From positions 96,001 to 160,000 of the IMG/VR virus record IMGVR_UViG_3300020576_005251: a stretch of 64,000 bases of DNA, one strand, 5' to 3'. Within the stretch, counting starts at the first letter, position 1; the number at the start of each line of letters is the position of its first letter. Shown piece after piece: positions 45,314 through 54,601 of this stretch. A program made the translations under genes and the position numbers. The notes beneath the pieces are model-generated. The model searched no databases. It saw only the letters and a program-made list of their open reading frames with translations, and was not told the origin of the DNA. The stretch comes from a virus. Its lineage: Duplodnaviria; Caudoviricetes.

Positions 45314-46263
45314 CAATCCACCCCCGCCCTTCCCCGCAGCACCCCAGGTTGTGGTTTGTATCGCCACCCCGCAGGCGACGTGTTCCGCACGACCTTGTGC
45401 CACGCCTGCCCCAGCCGCAGCGTGCTGTGCTCATCGTCCCTCACGTCACCCTTGACGAAGACGGAGTCACCCTCGAAGGTCATGTAGCGCACGACATGCC
45501 GGTTCTGACGGGAGCGGTCGCTTGAGAACTCCACCTGATCGATGGCCCGATCACTGACCACGGGCGTACCTAGCTCCGCCCGAGTCATCTTCACCTTCAT
45601 CTGCGGCTGCGGCACGAAGAACCACTCGCCTTGCCGGGGCGTGCCCACCGGCACATGCGCAGGCCGAAGGGCCTCCAACGCAGCCTCCACCGTGTCCACG
45701 TACGGCGTACTCGGGAGCATGCACAGGTAGTACATGCGCTTCTGGGGGTCGTCGTTTCTGTCGAGGCCCGAGAGGTAGAACCGACCGCCCAGGTCCGAGA
45801 ACAGACACTCCCCCAGGAAGTGGGCCTTCCTCTCCACCTTCTCACCCTTGATCACCCGCGTGCGCGTGAGCGTGAAGTCAGGGTTCACGTCTTCCACCCG
45901 GATGTACTTCGGCTCGATCCCAGCCGCCACCAGCGTCGAGAACGGGATGGTCGCGCTCGGCGCCCCCACCACCTTGATCGCGTCGAACAGCGCCCTTCGC
46001 TGGATGTCCGTACGCCGGGACGGCGCGGCGTCTCCGTTCACCACGACGTAGCTCCCGCAGATCCACGCCAGATCCCAGTGCACGTAGCTCATGAGCTGGC
46101 GGCCCCGGTAGCTCAGGCAGAGTGTGCCGTCGGGCGGCTGGAGGTTCTGGTTGAAGCCACCCCAACCACCCTTGGTGATCTTCGTCGTCTTCTTGAACTT
46201 CTTGGGGACCTCGTCCCACAGAGTGCGGCGCAGGAACGCCTCACAGATCTCTTGCTCGTACAT
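45313..46263 (-). CDS. hypothetical protein
   Basis: 316 aa; RQGEWFFVP...NRH...EH motif. Confidence 0.65.
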   Translation of the reverse strand: MYEQEICEAFLRRTLWDEVPKKFKKTTKITKGGWGGFNQNLQPPDGTLCLSYRGRQLMSYVHWDLAWICGSYVVVNGDAAPSRRTDIQRRALFDAIKVVGAPSATIPFSTLVAAGIEPKYIRVEDVNPDFTLTRTRVIKGEKVERKAHFLGECLFSDLGGRFYLSGLDRNDDPQKRMYYLCMLPSTPYVDTVEAALEALRPAHVPVGTPRQGEWFFVPQPQMKVKMTRAELGTPVVSDRAIDQVEFSSDRSRQNRHVVRYMTFEGDSVFVKGDVRDDEHSTLRLGQAWHKVVRNTSPAGWRYKPQPGVLRGRAGVD

Positions 46264-46264
46264 C

Positions 46265-46708
46265 TCAGGATCCTTTCATACTTTCACTCTGAGCTCGATG
46301 CTCTTCTTCCCGCGCTAGAAGCCAGTGCGTCGTGTTCATGTACTGGACCACCGTCGCCGTGATGAACGCGGCCCCACCTCCGTACCCATAGGCCCGCATA
46401 GGTTCCGTGACACACGCCCACTCCAGCCCCAGCGTCGTCTCCGGGCGGAACTTCGCCAGGAAGGCCGAGAGAAACTCCGCAGCAGCAGAGGGGCTTCCTT
46501 GCTCTTCGGATTCGACGGCAAACTCTCGATCGGCCAAGTACCAACTCGTGTCGAAGGGGACGCACTCCCCCTCCTCATCCCACCAGGGCGGGGCCTCTTC
46601 TTCAGAACCCTCCGTAGGGGCCCAGTTTGCGTTGGCCTTGAGCCATGCGTACTCTTCGTCCGTGACCTCGTCGATCACCAGACAGAACTTCGTGTAACAA
46701 TCTGCCAT
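46265..46708 (-). CDS. acidic hypothetical protein
   Basis: MADCYTKF...EWA...GGGA. Confidence 0.65.
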   Translation of the reverse strand: MADCYTKFCLVIDEVTDEEYAWLKANANWAPTEGSEEEAPPWWDEEGECVPFDTSWYLADREFAVESEEQGSPSAAAEFLSAFLAKFRPETTLGLEWACVTEPMRAYGYGGGAAFITATVVQYMNTTHWLLAREEEHRAQSESMKGS

Positions 46709-46843
46709 CGACTTCCTCTTCTGATCAGTCAGAGTTGATCGCGGAGATACTCCGCCATGCCGTCCCGCGCTTGCCAGTGCTCTTTCACCAGATCTCGATC
46801 TTCGAGTCTCAGAGGTCCCAGCACATCGAACCCTCTCTCCTCA

Positions 46844-47581
46844 TCAGTCACTCTTGCTCTCCCTCACCACGTTCACTCCCGCCGCGCAGCACGTGAGCCC
46901 CTTCATGTCGATGCACACCATCGTCAGCTCCTCGGTGTCGTCGATCTTCCCGTCGAGGTTCCTGAGCATCGTCGCCACCTTCTGGTAGCCCCAGCTCCCG
47001 TGGCTCGTCTCCCCCTTCGTACGCCGTACGCGAGTCATCCCCTTGGCGAGTGCTCCTGCGAGCTGCGCGTCCGGGTCCGACGCCACGGCCATGAACAGCT
47101 TGAACGCCGCGATCGCCGCGCGCTCCTTCGCCGTGCCCTCGTCGGGCACAGGGATCTCATCGATGATCTTCCACCGGATCCTCAGCGCCTCGGCCGAGAG
47201 TTCCAGCGGATAGCCGTCGACATTGTCCCACCCGTGGTAGCCACCCACCCCGTAGACGAGCGCCTTCGCACGCACCTTCACGTCCTCGCTCCGCCCCTCC
47301 TCCTTGTCTGCCTCGCTCGCGTCTGCCGCCGCCCAGTCGTGCTCCTTGTACACGTCGTCGGGCACGTCAGAGCGATAGACCACCATCATCGTCCAGGGGT
47401 AGATGGCCTTGACTTCCTTCCGAGGCCCCGGCGTGTACTCGACGTAATGCGTCCCATCCGCGCGCTTCCAGAGCCCCCAGCCGCTGGGGAACTCCCCGTA
47501 GGAGACCTCGAAGTCGACGGGCAGGTTGTCGATGATCAGCTCGTCGTCGATCTGATAGGGTTCATTCATCGGATCTCCCAT
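46844..47581 (-). CDS. hypothetical protein
   Basis: 245 aa; YHGWDNVDGYPL motif. Confidence 0.6.
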   Translation of the reverse strand: MGDPMNEPYQIDDELIIDNLPVDFEVSYGEFPSGWGLWKRADGTHYVEYTPGPRKEVKAIYPWTMMVVYRSDVPDDVYKEHDWAAADASEADKEEGRSEDVKVRAKALVYGVGGYHGWDNVDGYPLELSAEALRIRWKIIDEIPVPDEGTAKERAAIAAFKLFMAVASDPDAQLAGALAKGMTRVRRTKGETSHGSWGYQKVATMLRNLDGKIDDTEELTMVCIDMKGLTCCAAGVNVVRESKSD

Positions 47582-47802
47582 GCGCCATTGAGCCAGATCA
47601 GACCCTTGCTACAGGGCCACGTGCGTGCGCCATCCGGCCACCGAACCATCAGCCGTACTCCGGTACAGCCATGGAGTTGACAGCGTCTACGGCTCTCAGA
47701 CAACACACCTACGACGCCGTTTCGCGCGCGTACCGCGTCCCCCTTCTCGAAGTTCGTCTCACTCATCTTCATCCTCCTCCAGTTCGTCTCACTCATCTTC
47801 AT
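47566..47802 (-). CDS. small Cys-containing protein
   Basis: RCQLHGCTG...WPDG...WPC; N-terminus duplicated. Confidence 0.55.
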   Translation of the reverse strand: MKMSETNWRRMKMSETNFEKGDAVRARNGVVGVLSESRRRCQLHGCTGVRLMVRWPDGARTWPCSKGLIWLNGAWEIR

Positions 47803-47810
47803 CCTCCTCC
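47751..47810. repeat. exact 30-bp tandem duplication across a stop/start junction
   Basis: AGTTCGTCTCACTCATCTTCATCCTCCTCC x2. Confidence 0.9.
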
Positions 47811-48403
47811 AACCACCCCAGCGCCCTCAGCGCCTTCGTCATCTGCTCTCTCGACGGGTAACCGCCCTCCCCGCTTCGGTTCTCGATCGCGCGCTCGTCG
47901 TTGTCCCTGAACCAGCGATACACTTCGCGCTCCCACTCCTCCGGCTCCTCGCCATTCAGGAGCCCCCACCCCTCGCCTCCGATGTTGCTGATCGTGGCCG
48001 CGTACTCACGTTCATTCAGATCGTCTTGGTCTGCGATGGGGTAGTCGTCGAGCTTCGCGTACCACTCGTAGAGCCACTCGTAAAACGGAGTCAGCGCCCC
48101 CTTCTCGTCGATCAGCTGGAAGCAGAGCTGCTCCACCCACCCGAACCCGAAGTGCGTGTGGGCTCGGATGGCCCACATCCTCGCCAGTTCCGGCCTCTCC
48201 TCCGCCAGCTTCGTGAGCGCCTTCTTGAGCGCTGCGCAGTTCGACTTTTCGAGGAGGTTTGCGTCTCGCGTGAGGATCCCCGGGCCGATCGTCCAGGTGT
48301 CAGGGTTCTCCGCCACAGGGTGTCCCGACCGCATGGAGAAGTCAGAGGGGACGCGCAGCATCTCTCGGATCTGCGCCTCGGTCGGATCTCGCGGGAGACT
48401 CAT
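47789..48403 (-). CDS. hypothetical protein
   Basis: HFGFGWVE...LDDYPIAD. Confidence 0.6.
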   Translation of the reverse strand: MSLPRDPTEAQIREMLRVPSDFSMRSGHPVAENPDTWTIGPGILTRDANLLEKSNCAALKKALTKLAEERPELARMWAIRAHTHFGFGWVEQLCFQLIDEKGALTPFYEWLYEWYAKLDDYPIADQDDLNEREYAATISNIGGEGWGLLNGEEPEEWEREVYRWFRDNDERAIENRSGEGGYPSREQMTKALRALGWLEEDEDE

Positions 48404-48789
48404 CAGAGCCACCTCGCGATCAAGACCTTCTCGGGAGGCGTGCCGAACGCGACGCACGGCGGCAGGTCCTCAATCGTAGTCTCTTCGTACAGGGCCTTGC
48501 TCAGCGCCTCCACGAGAGCCTGCCCCAGGTCAAGCCCGAAGCCGCGCATGACGACGCAATCATACCCCTTCCACTGCACGTACTTCCGCCCGAGGATCTT
48601 CGCGATGTTGTATGCGTAGGTCCGCACCCGCAGCCCGTCTTCGTACGTGGGGTCCGGGAGGATCGAAAGGACCTCGATGTAGCGCGACATCCCACTGCGC
48701 ACCGTGTGCCGGTTGATGAGGCAGAGCGTTCGGATGTTGTTCTCTCGGAACTCTCTGCGCATGATATCGATTGTGTACTGGTTTGTCAT
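48403..48789 (-). CDS. hypothetical protein
   Basis: SGMSRYI...GFGLDLG. Confidence 0.6.
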   Translation of the reverse strand: MTNQYTIDIMRREFRENNIRTLCLINRHTVRSGMSRYIEVLSILPDPTYEDGLRVRTYAYNIAKILGRKYVQWKGYDCVVMRGFGLDLGQALVEALSKALYEETTIEDLPPCVAFGTPPEKVLIARWL

Positions 48790-49262
48790 GTCATCTCCTT
48801 CACCCACTGCTCGATCATCTCCCAGGGGATGGTCGCCGATTCGATCTCACCCTCCCCGTGCTTGGGGAGACCGCACCACGCGACGCCCACTTCCATGATG
48901 ACTTGCTCATCGCACTCGGTACGGTAGATCTGCGCTTCGTTGATGATCAGGTCCTCACCCTCCAGGACGAACACGTCGGGGAACTCGCGGAGACTTCCGG
49001 AGCGTTGGAACACCTGATCCCGCTGATCATCCGCCGCTTCCTCCCGCTCGGTCTTCTCTTCCCCATCGTCCCCAAAGAACACCGGGGCCCCTCCGTCCCA
49101 GAATCGAAGTTCAGAGAGGTCGCTGTCGGCTGCGCAGAGCGACGCACGAGTCTCGCGGCGTCGCAGCAGCCGCTGGAGATCCTCGCCGTCCAGCCCCACG
49201 ACCACGAAGGAACACGAACACCAGTCGGGGGTGTCCACGGTCAGCATGATGTACTTCTTCAC
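48786..49262 (-). CDS. hypothetical protein
   Basis: Coupled ORF. Confidence 0.55.
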   Translation of the reverse strand: MKKYIMLTVDTPDWCSCSFVVVGLDGEDLQRLLRRRETRASLCAADSDLSELRFWDGGAPVFFGDDGEEKTEREEAADDQRDQVFQRSGSLREFPDVFVLEGEDLIINEAQIYRTECDEQVIMEVGVAWCGLPKHGEGEIESATIPWEMIEQWVKEMT

Positions 49263-49564
49263 GGGCTTTTCCTTTTCTTCGGTGCCACTTCGTTCAGCAT
49301 CTCAGTCAGATCATCCGGCGCATCCGGCTCTGCGCCCTCCGGTTCGTCTCCCAGCAGTTCATCCGCCAGTTGATCGAAGTCGTCGGCGTCCCTACTCCAC
49401 TCTGCCTCACCGTCTGGGTAGGGCATCTTGTCGTAGATGATGTCCAGGATCACCGCAGGTGTCCTGATGTCTCGATGGGTCTCTGCCAGCAACCGTAGCG
49501 CCCCCACGATGATGTCGATCTCCGTGTCTTCGAACTCGAAGACTCCATCGCTTACTTTTCTCAT
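49259..49564 (-). CDS. acidic hypothetical protein
   Basis: Start MRKVSD chosen. Confidence 0.55.
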   Translation of the reverse strand: MRKVSDGVFEFEDTEIDIIVGALRLLAETHRDIRTPAVILDIIYDKMPYPDGEAEWSRDADDFDQLADELLGDEPEGAEPDAPDDLTEMLNEVAPKKRKSP

Positions 49565-49634
49565 GTTCTCTCTTTCGTGGACAAAAGAAAACAGGCGAGG
49601 GATGTGCAGTCCCCTACCTGTCTTCCGGCGCCTG

Positions 49635-49811
49635 CTACGCCTTGGCCCGACGACACGACGGGCAGCTGCCCGTCGACAGATCAGAGATGACCAGCACCAC
49701 CTCCGAGTGACAGGCGCGACAGCGCGCCTTCCAGGAGTCGACACCCCGCCGCCGCACGGGGTATCGAACGACCAACGTTCCGACGATCTTGCCCAAGTAG
49801 ATCTGGTCCAT
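49635..49811 (-). CDS. 58-aa Zn-ribbon protein (not in ORF track)
   Basis: AGGAG RBS; CRAC...CPSC; promoter motif 49853-49866 upstream, hairpin plus T tract ~49580-49622 downstream. Confidence 0.6.
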   Translation of the reverse strand: MDQIYLGKIVGTLVVRYPVRRRGVDSWKARCRACHSEVVLVISDLSTGSCPSCRRAKA

Positions 49812-49876
49812 GGCTTCTCCTGCAACACGAGCCTGCGTGCTCGCGTGCAGACCTTCTACCAGAAACTGAGGGAGGT

Positions 49877-50323
49877 TTAGGACTCGTCGATAACGCCGTC
49901 GACTTCAACCACCCAGCCGGAATCGCAAGTACCTGCTTTCAACTCGTCGAGGGACATCTCCGCTACGATTGCCTCAGCTGCGTCCGCGTGAAGCGCTTCG
50001 ACTTCGAGGAGGCCCGCAAGCCGGAGGTCGTAGCTCACAGTGAACTTCGGCATCGCTTCGCCCTCCTCGCTTGATTCAGCTGGTACTTCATGATGTCCAG
50101 CCACGTAGAAGTCCTCCCCGTGCCTGTGACTGTAGCGGATCCCGTGCGACTGATCCGACTCGAACGGGAACGCCGCCACCTGCCGGATCCACCTCCGCGT
50201 CGCCTCCATCGGTGACGCCCCCACAGGTGTCGAGACGAGATAGAACCCTGTCTCGACGCGGAGAATCTCCCAGACCTTTCCATCCAGGAGATTGATCTGA
50301 AACCCGACCCCGTACTGATCCAT
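49877..50323 (-). CDS. hypothetical protein (possible internal start MPKFTV)
   Basis: GGAGGAG RBS. Confidence 0.5.
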   Translation of the reverse strand: MDQYGVGFQINLLDGKVWEILRVETGFYLVSTPVGASPMEATRRWIRQVAAFPFESDQSHGIRYSHRHGEDFYVAGHHEVPAESSEEGEAMPKFTVSYDLRLAGLLEVEALHADAAEAIVAEMSLDELKAGTCDSGWVVEVDGVIDES

Positions 50324-50333
50324 GTGACTCCTC

Positions 50334-50397
50334 CAAAGAAAACGCGACGCCGTACGCCCTGCCGCCGAACCATTCGGCGGCAGGGCGTACGGCGTAT
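50334..50397 (-). terminator. long terminator hairpin containing TACGSCGTA
   Basis: ~23-bp stem ACGCCGTACGCCCTGCCGCCGAA / TTCGGCGGCAGGGCGTACGGCGT with TTTTCTTT tail on minus strand. Confidence 0.7.
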
Positions 50398-50400
50398 TGA

Positions 50401-50697
50401 TCACTTCCGACCGACGAACGCGGCGTGAAGAACACGCAGCGCGTCACCCGGCTTCACGCCGATCTCGTCCTCGACGAACGCCTGGATCTGCCGATTCAGG
50501 AGCGTGAACCAGAGCCACGCCACGCCCACTCCGAATGTCAGGACACAGACGTTCCTACGCAGGATCGCCGTGTCCTCAGTCCACACCGTGAGGCTCAACG
50601 CCGCAACGGTTCCCGCCATGACTCCAAAGAGACTGGAGTACATCGCGACGCTCTTGATCGCCGCGCGGTGCGCGGGATCGGTCCAGTGGATACCCAT
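50401..50697 (-). CDS. two-TM membrane protein
   Basis: AAGGAGG RBS; promoter motif 50703-50716. Confidence 0.65.
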   Translation of the reverse strand: MGIHWTDPAHRAAIKSVAMYSSLFGVMAGTVAALSLTVWTEDTAILRRNVCVLTFGVGVAWLWFTLLNRQIQAFVEDEIGVKPGDALRVLHAAFVGRK

Positions 50698-50732
50698 ACC
50701 TCCTTATACCCGAAAAGGGTGGGAGGTTCGGG

Positions 50733-51137
50733 CTACCAGACCTCCTCCAGGCGCGTCTTGTTCGGCATAAGGTCCGCCTGGAGCCGCACCGCCTCCGACA
50801 CCGCGTAGCGCGTTCCCTCCCCCTCTTGTACCCAACCTACGCCCTTCCGGTACGCGAGGGCGTCCGAGCGATCGGGGTAGATCGACGCCTCCAGGAGCAC
50901 GAGATAGCACGGGAGGTCAGGGCGTCGCGGTTGAGCCTGGATCCAGCGGAGGGTCGCGGACATACCCTGCTCCGCCCCCCGCACCGCAGCCTCCAGCCAC
51001 GACGCCAGTTCGTCGGGCGCGGCCTGACATGTGTTGAGTTCCGCCCTCAGCCTGCCGCAGTGGTAGTAGCCGACCTCGTCGTCGTTCCCCCACTTGAACC
51101 CCGTGAAGTCAATATCCGGAAGTCGTTTCGGTAGCAT
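50733..51137 (-). CDS. hypothetical protein
   Basis: GAGGAG RBS. Confidence 0.55.
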   Translation of the reverse strand: MLPKRLPDIDFTGFKWGNDDEVGYYHCGRLRAELNTCQAAPDELASWLEAAVRGAEQGMSATLRWIQAQPRRPDLPCYLVLLEASIYPDRSDALAYRKGVGWVQEGEGTRYAVSEAVRLQADLMPNKTRLEEVW

Positions 51138-51477
51138 CGATCCACTCCTCTACCTGTTGAAGTTCATAGACCAGTCGGTCAGGAAGTCGCGTCCCATCCT
51201 CCGGGATGAGGCAGGCGAGCGCGTCCTCTACGCTCCGGAACTCCGACTGGCGTCTTACAGCCATCAGGTCTGTCTTGCTGTACTCGCAGATCGTCTTCAC
51301 GATCTTGTGGATTCTCGTGGCGTTCTTGACGCTCAGTTCTCGCTCGTAAGGAGTTCGCGCCACGACAGTTCCGTAGCGCCAACCCGTACACACGCGTTGG
51401 TCATACTCTTCCGTCCGAAGGTGGAGGAAGGCGGCGAGACGGAGGACGCGTTGGGCTTTTGGATCTACGGCAAACAC
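51109..51477 (-). CDS. hypothetical protein
   Basis: FLHLRTEEYDQRVCTG. Confidence 0.55.
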   Translation of the reverse strand: MFAVDPKAQRVLRLAAFLHLRTEEYDQRVCTGWRYGTVVARTPYERELSVKNATRIHKIVKTICEYSKTDLMAVRRQSEFRSVEDALACLIPEDGTRLPDRLVYELQQVEEWIDATETTSGY

Positions 51478-51513
51478 CCCCCATGTACTGAGCCTCCCAC
51501 GCCAACGACTTGC

Positions 51514-52167
51514 TCACCCCACCCTCACAATCCGCCCCTTGAACGCCTCTTCCACCCGCGCGTCGTTGTTGTAATCCTTGTCCACGTACACCACCCGAAT
51601 CCCCCCGCTCAGCAGAGACTTCGCGCAGTTCCAGCAGGGGTAGGTGTTCGTGTAGATGTCCGCGTCCTTGATCGATACGCCGTATAGCGCCGCCTGCGCC
51701 ACCGCGTTCATCTCCGCGTGCACCGTCCGCACGCAGGTCTCCCGCCCGTTCGTGACCACGATGTCGTGCCCCACGTCGTCGCAGTGAGGCATCCCAGGGG
51801 GCGAGCCGTTGTACCCCGTCGCGATGATGCGCCGATCCCGCACGATCACCGCCCCCACATGCTTGCGGTCGCAGGTGGCGCGGGTGGCCACGACCTGGGC
51901 GATGTTCATGAAGTAGACGTGCGTGGAAGGTCGGAGATCCGTCGCCTTGTACAGGTGTTCGAGGGTGTCGTCAGGGAACCCCGCGACCTCCGAAAGGTCA
52001 CCGCCGATCGCGATCATGAGCGACTTGACGCTGCGATAGCGATTGACCTCGCCCCCGCAGTACGCGCGAGCCGCTGCCATGGACCGCTCGATCATCTCCC
52101 GTGCTTCCTTCGGCGTCCTCATCCTCATCTTCATCTCATCCATCGACTCTTCTCCCTTCGCTGTCAT
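51514..52167 (-). CDS. dCMP deaminase (ComEB/CDD family) with N-terminal extension
   Basis: RATCDRKHVGAVIV..TGYNG..HAEMNA..PCWNC zinc motifs. Confidence 0.9.
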   Translation of the reverse strand: MTAKGEESMDEMKMRMRTPKEAREMIERSMAAARAYCGGEVNRYRSVKSLMIAIGGDLSEVAGFPDDTLEHLYKATDLRPSTHVYFMNIAQVVATRATCDRKHVGAVIVRDRRIIATGYNGSPPGMPHCDDVGHDIVVTNGRETCVRTVHAEMNAVAQAALYGVSIKDADIYTNTYPCWNCAKSLLSGGIRVVYVDKDYNNDARVEEAFKGRIVRVG

Positions 52168-52393
52168 ACGACCACCCCAGCTTCATCCACGGGTGGTTGA
52201 TCACGTACCCCACCAGATCGACCCGACGCTCCAGAATCTGGAACACGTCGGCTCGCATCTCCGCACCTTCGTACACCCACCCCAGGCACTTGTGCCCCAG
52301 CCACACGCCCACCTGACTCCCGGAAGAGAGCTCCAGCCAGACTTCGCGCGGCGTTGCATCGCCTCGGACGTAGATCAGAAGATCTGGTTCCAT
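52136..52393 (-). CDS. hypothetical protein
   Basis: Coupled ORF. Confidence 0.45.
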   Translation of the reverse strand: MEPDLLIYVRGDATPREVWLELSSGSQVGVWLGHKCLGWVYEGAEMRADVFQILERRVDLVGYVINHPWMKLGWSYDSEGRRVDG

Positions 52394-53175
52394 CGAAGGA
52401 ACGCCCCCACGACTTCTTCCGACAGGGTGTCTCCGTACCACTGCCCGAGCAGCGCCCTGCCCTCTTTGATCGAGGCGCAGGGCATGTCCACGAATGACCC
52501 CGGCCGGTGGGGGTCGGGCATGCTCACACTCACTCCGAGGTCTTCGCGGGCCTCGAAGAAGTCTCGCACCCGGGCCTTCGCGTCCGCGAGCGCGCGCTTG
52601 TTGGGCACACTCTTCGCCAGATCCCACCCGCCCACAAGGGCTGAAGCCAGAAGCCCGTTCTCAGCGAAGTCACTGCCGAAGTAGCCGCAGACGGAGTCGA
52701 TGGGCTCCTCCATGTCTCGGCCTTGGAAGATCTTGAAGCAGTAGATGTCGCCGGTCAGGAACTGGTCGTACGCTTTGACCTCGGCCTCCAGGATCTTCTC
52801 CGCCTCCTCCTTGGTGCAGTTCGCATCATCGAACCCCATCGCGATCATCCGGCTCTTGCGGACGACGCCGAGGCCGAGACAGCCAGAGTCCCACGCGTCC
52901 CAGTAGGGCTTGAGGCGGATGGTAATCCCTCCATGGTCGTGTCCGTAGATCTCACGTGCGATCAGAACGTCCGTGTCTCGCATCAACTCGGCGTACAGCC
53001 CCGTCGGGTTATTCTTGAAGTCCTCCGGGGGGTCCTTGTCCCCCAGCGTGTACCTCCGGTGAGACATCCACAGGTTCGCGATGTTCTCGTGCTCCCGAGG
53101 GTTCGTGGGGTCGTCGTCCTGGTAGACGAACACCAGCTTGTCGTTGAGTTCGTAGATCGCGTGCGCTTCTCGCAT
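52375..53175 (-). CDS. hypothetical protein
   Basis: NPRE..DHGGIT..WDSG..YDQFLTGD..DSVCGYFG; AGGAG RBS. Confidence 0.65.
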   Translation of the reverse strand: MREAHAIYELNDKLVFVYQDDDPTNPREHENIANLWMSHRRYTLGDKDPPEDFKNNPTGLYAELMRDTDVLIAREIYGHDHGGITIRLKPYWDAWDSGCLGLGVVRKSRMIAMGFDDANCTKEEAEKILEAEVKAYDQFLTGDIYCFKIFQGRDMEEPIDSVCGYFGSDFAENGLLASALVGGWDLAKSVPNKRALADAKARVRDFFEAREDLGVSVSMPDPHRPGSFVDMPCASIKEGRALLGQWYGDTLSEEVVGAFLRWNQIF

Positions 53176-53299
53176 GGGTCTCCTATACGGCGTATTCGTC
53201 CGCCGCCCGAACCCTCGACACGCAGGGGCTCGGGCGGAGGACGAAGTCGAGCGCACCCACAACATGTGGGTGCGCTCATCCTTCTACCTGTGTTCTGGG

Positions 53300-53611
53300 C
53301 TACTTTCGCGAGGCGTCGATCAACGCCCGGACCCGGACCCCGAGATCGGAGGGGTCATCCCGCACCAGCTCGTAGATCTGCTCGATGAGCGTCGGCTCAG
53401 GGGGCAGCGGCGGCAGGCCGAGCCGCGCCCGCGTGTTCGCGCCGGTCACGTCATCCAGCGTAGCCCAACCACCCCCCTGTCGAGCATAAATCGCGTCCAG
53501 AGGCGCGGCGTCTTCAGCCGCGAGATGTTGCTGATCACGGATGTACGATCGTCCCGAGACTACCAGCTCACCCCACTTCTTGATCCAGACGTACTCCTCA
53601 GGCTTGGGCAT
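53300..53611 (-). CDS. hypothetical protein
   Basis: WG...YI...A..D.APLDAIY. Confidence 0.55.
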   Translation of the reverse strand: MPKPEEYVWIKKWGELVVSGRSYIRDQQHLAAEDAAPLDAIYARQGGGWATLDDVTGANTRARLGLPPLPPEPTLIEQIYELVRDDPSDLGVRVRALIDASRK

Positions 53612-53843
53612 CGCGCTTCCCGTGCAGTTCTTCGTTGGCCCGATCCGCCAGATCACCCGCCGACGCGGAGTTGTTCGTGCCCCAGATCGCGTTAGCGATC
53701 GCGCGATAAGCATCCTTGGGCGGGGAACCGCCCTGGATGATGTACCACCCACGCGGCGTCTTCGTCGCGATCATCACGTCGTTGTAGTGGATGGCCTGAT
53801 AGTGATCATCCCCACGGAACATCCCGCGCGGCTTTTCTTCCAT
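53598..53843 (-). CDS. hypothetical protein
   Basis: GAGGAG RBS. Confidence 0.55.
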   Translation of the reverse strand: MEEKPRGMFRGDDHYQAIHYNDVMIATKTPRGWYIIQGGSPPKDAYRAIANAIWGTNNSASAGDLADRANEELHGKRDAQA

Positions 53844-53855
53844 CGCGAACTCCTC

Positions 53856-54071
53856 TCACGCCCCCGGCAGCGGGTGACCCTTCACCCACGTCTCGAAGTC
53901 CCCCTGCGACGCCCGGTACACGATCTCTCCCGGGCCCTTCTTGCCCTCCTCCTTGCGTCGCCCCACTTCCTGCGCCGCACCGATCCCGACCAGCACCGTC
54001 ATCAGGGCGTAGGCCACCTTCTGTTCGAGCTGGCACTTGGTCATCAGCTCCTTGATCGTGAACTCCATCAC
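53856..54071 (-). CDS. small wHTH-like protein
   Basis: FTIKEL...AYALM..LV..G...KGPGEIVY. Confidence 0.5.
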   Translation of the reverse strand: MMEFTIKELMTKCQLEQKVAYALMTVLVGIGAAQEVGRRKEEGKKGPGEIVYRASQGDFETWVKGHPLPGA

Positions 54072-54601
54072 TTCCCTCGCGTCGGCTTCTCGTTGTACTT
54101 GGACGTGTCGGCGTTGTTCTTCAGCGCCCAGATCTTCACCTCGCGCTCGTGGATGCCGCGAGATTCGCTCGTGTACTTGTAGCGGTTGTTGGTTTCCACG
54201 AGAACGTCTTCTCGCTTGAGGCGCTTGAACACCGCGCCCATCCAGTGCTCGGGACCCGAGTCGTCGCTGACCAGCCCCACGTCGGCCATCTTCGCACGCA
54301 CCTCTCGGCTGTGCACCGTGAGGTTCGCCTTCGCGATCTGCACCGCGTAGTAGCAGGCCCAGTTGATCAGGTCCGGGTACTGCTTCTCCAGCTTGGCGAG
54401 GCTCTCGTTCGTCGCCGCGTGCGGGTTGCCGCTCAGCTTGCGCTTGGGCTGCGGGTCGAGCAGCACGGCACCGGCCGGGATCTCGCAGTTCTCAGCGAGC
54501 GCGTCGTACTTGCCGTCCGCGAGCTTGTAGACCTTGACGAACTTCTTCTTGATCTCGGCGGGAGTCCAGCCCTCCCAGGCGCCTTCGGGTGTGTCACTCA
54601 T
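54068..54601 (-). CDS. hypothetical protein, possible wHTH
   Basis: MGAVFKRL...H.REVKIW. Confidence 0.55.
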   Translation of the reverse strand: MSDTPEGAWEGWTPAEIKKKFVKVYKLADGKYDALAENCEIPAGAVLLDPQPKRKLSGNPHAATNESLAKLEKQYPDLINWACYYAVQIAKANLTVHSREVRAKMADVGLVSDDSGPEHWMGAVFKRLKREDVLVETNNRYKYTSESRGIHEREVKIWALKNNADTSKYNEKPTRGK

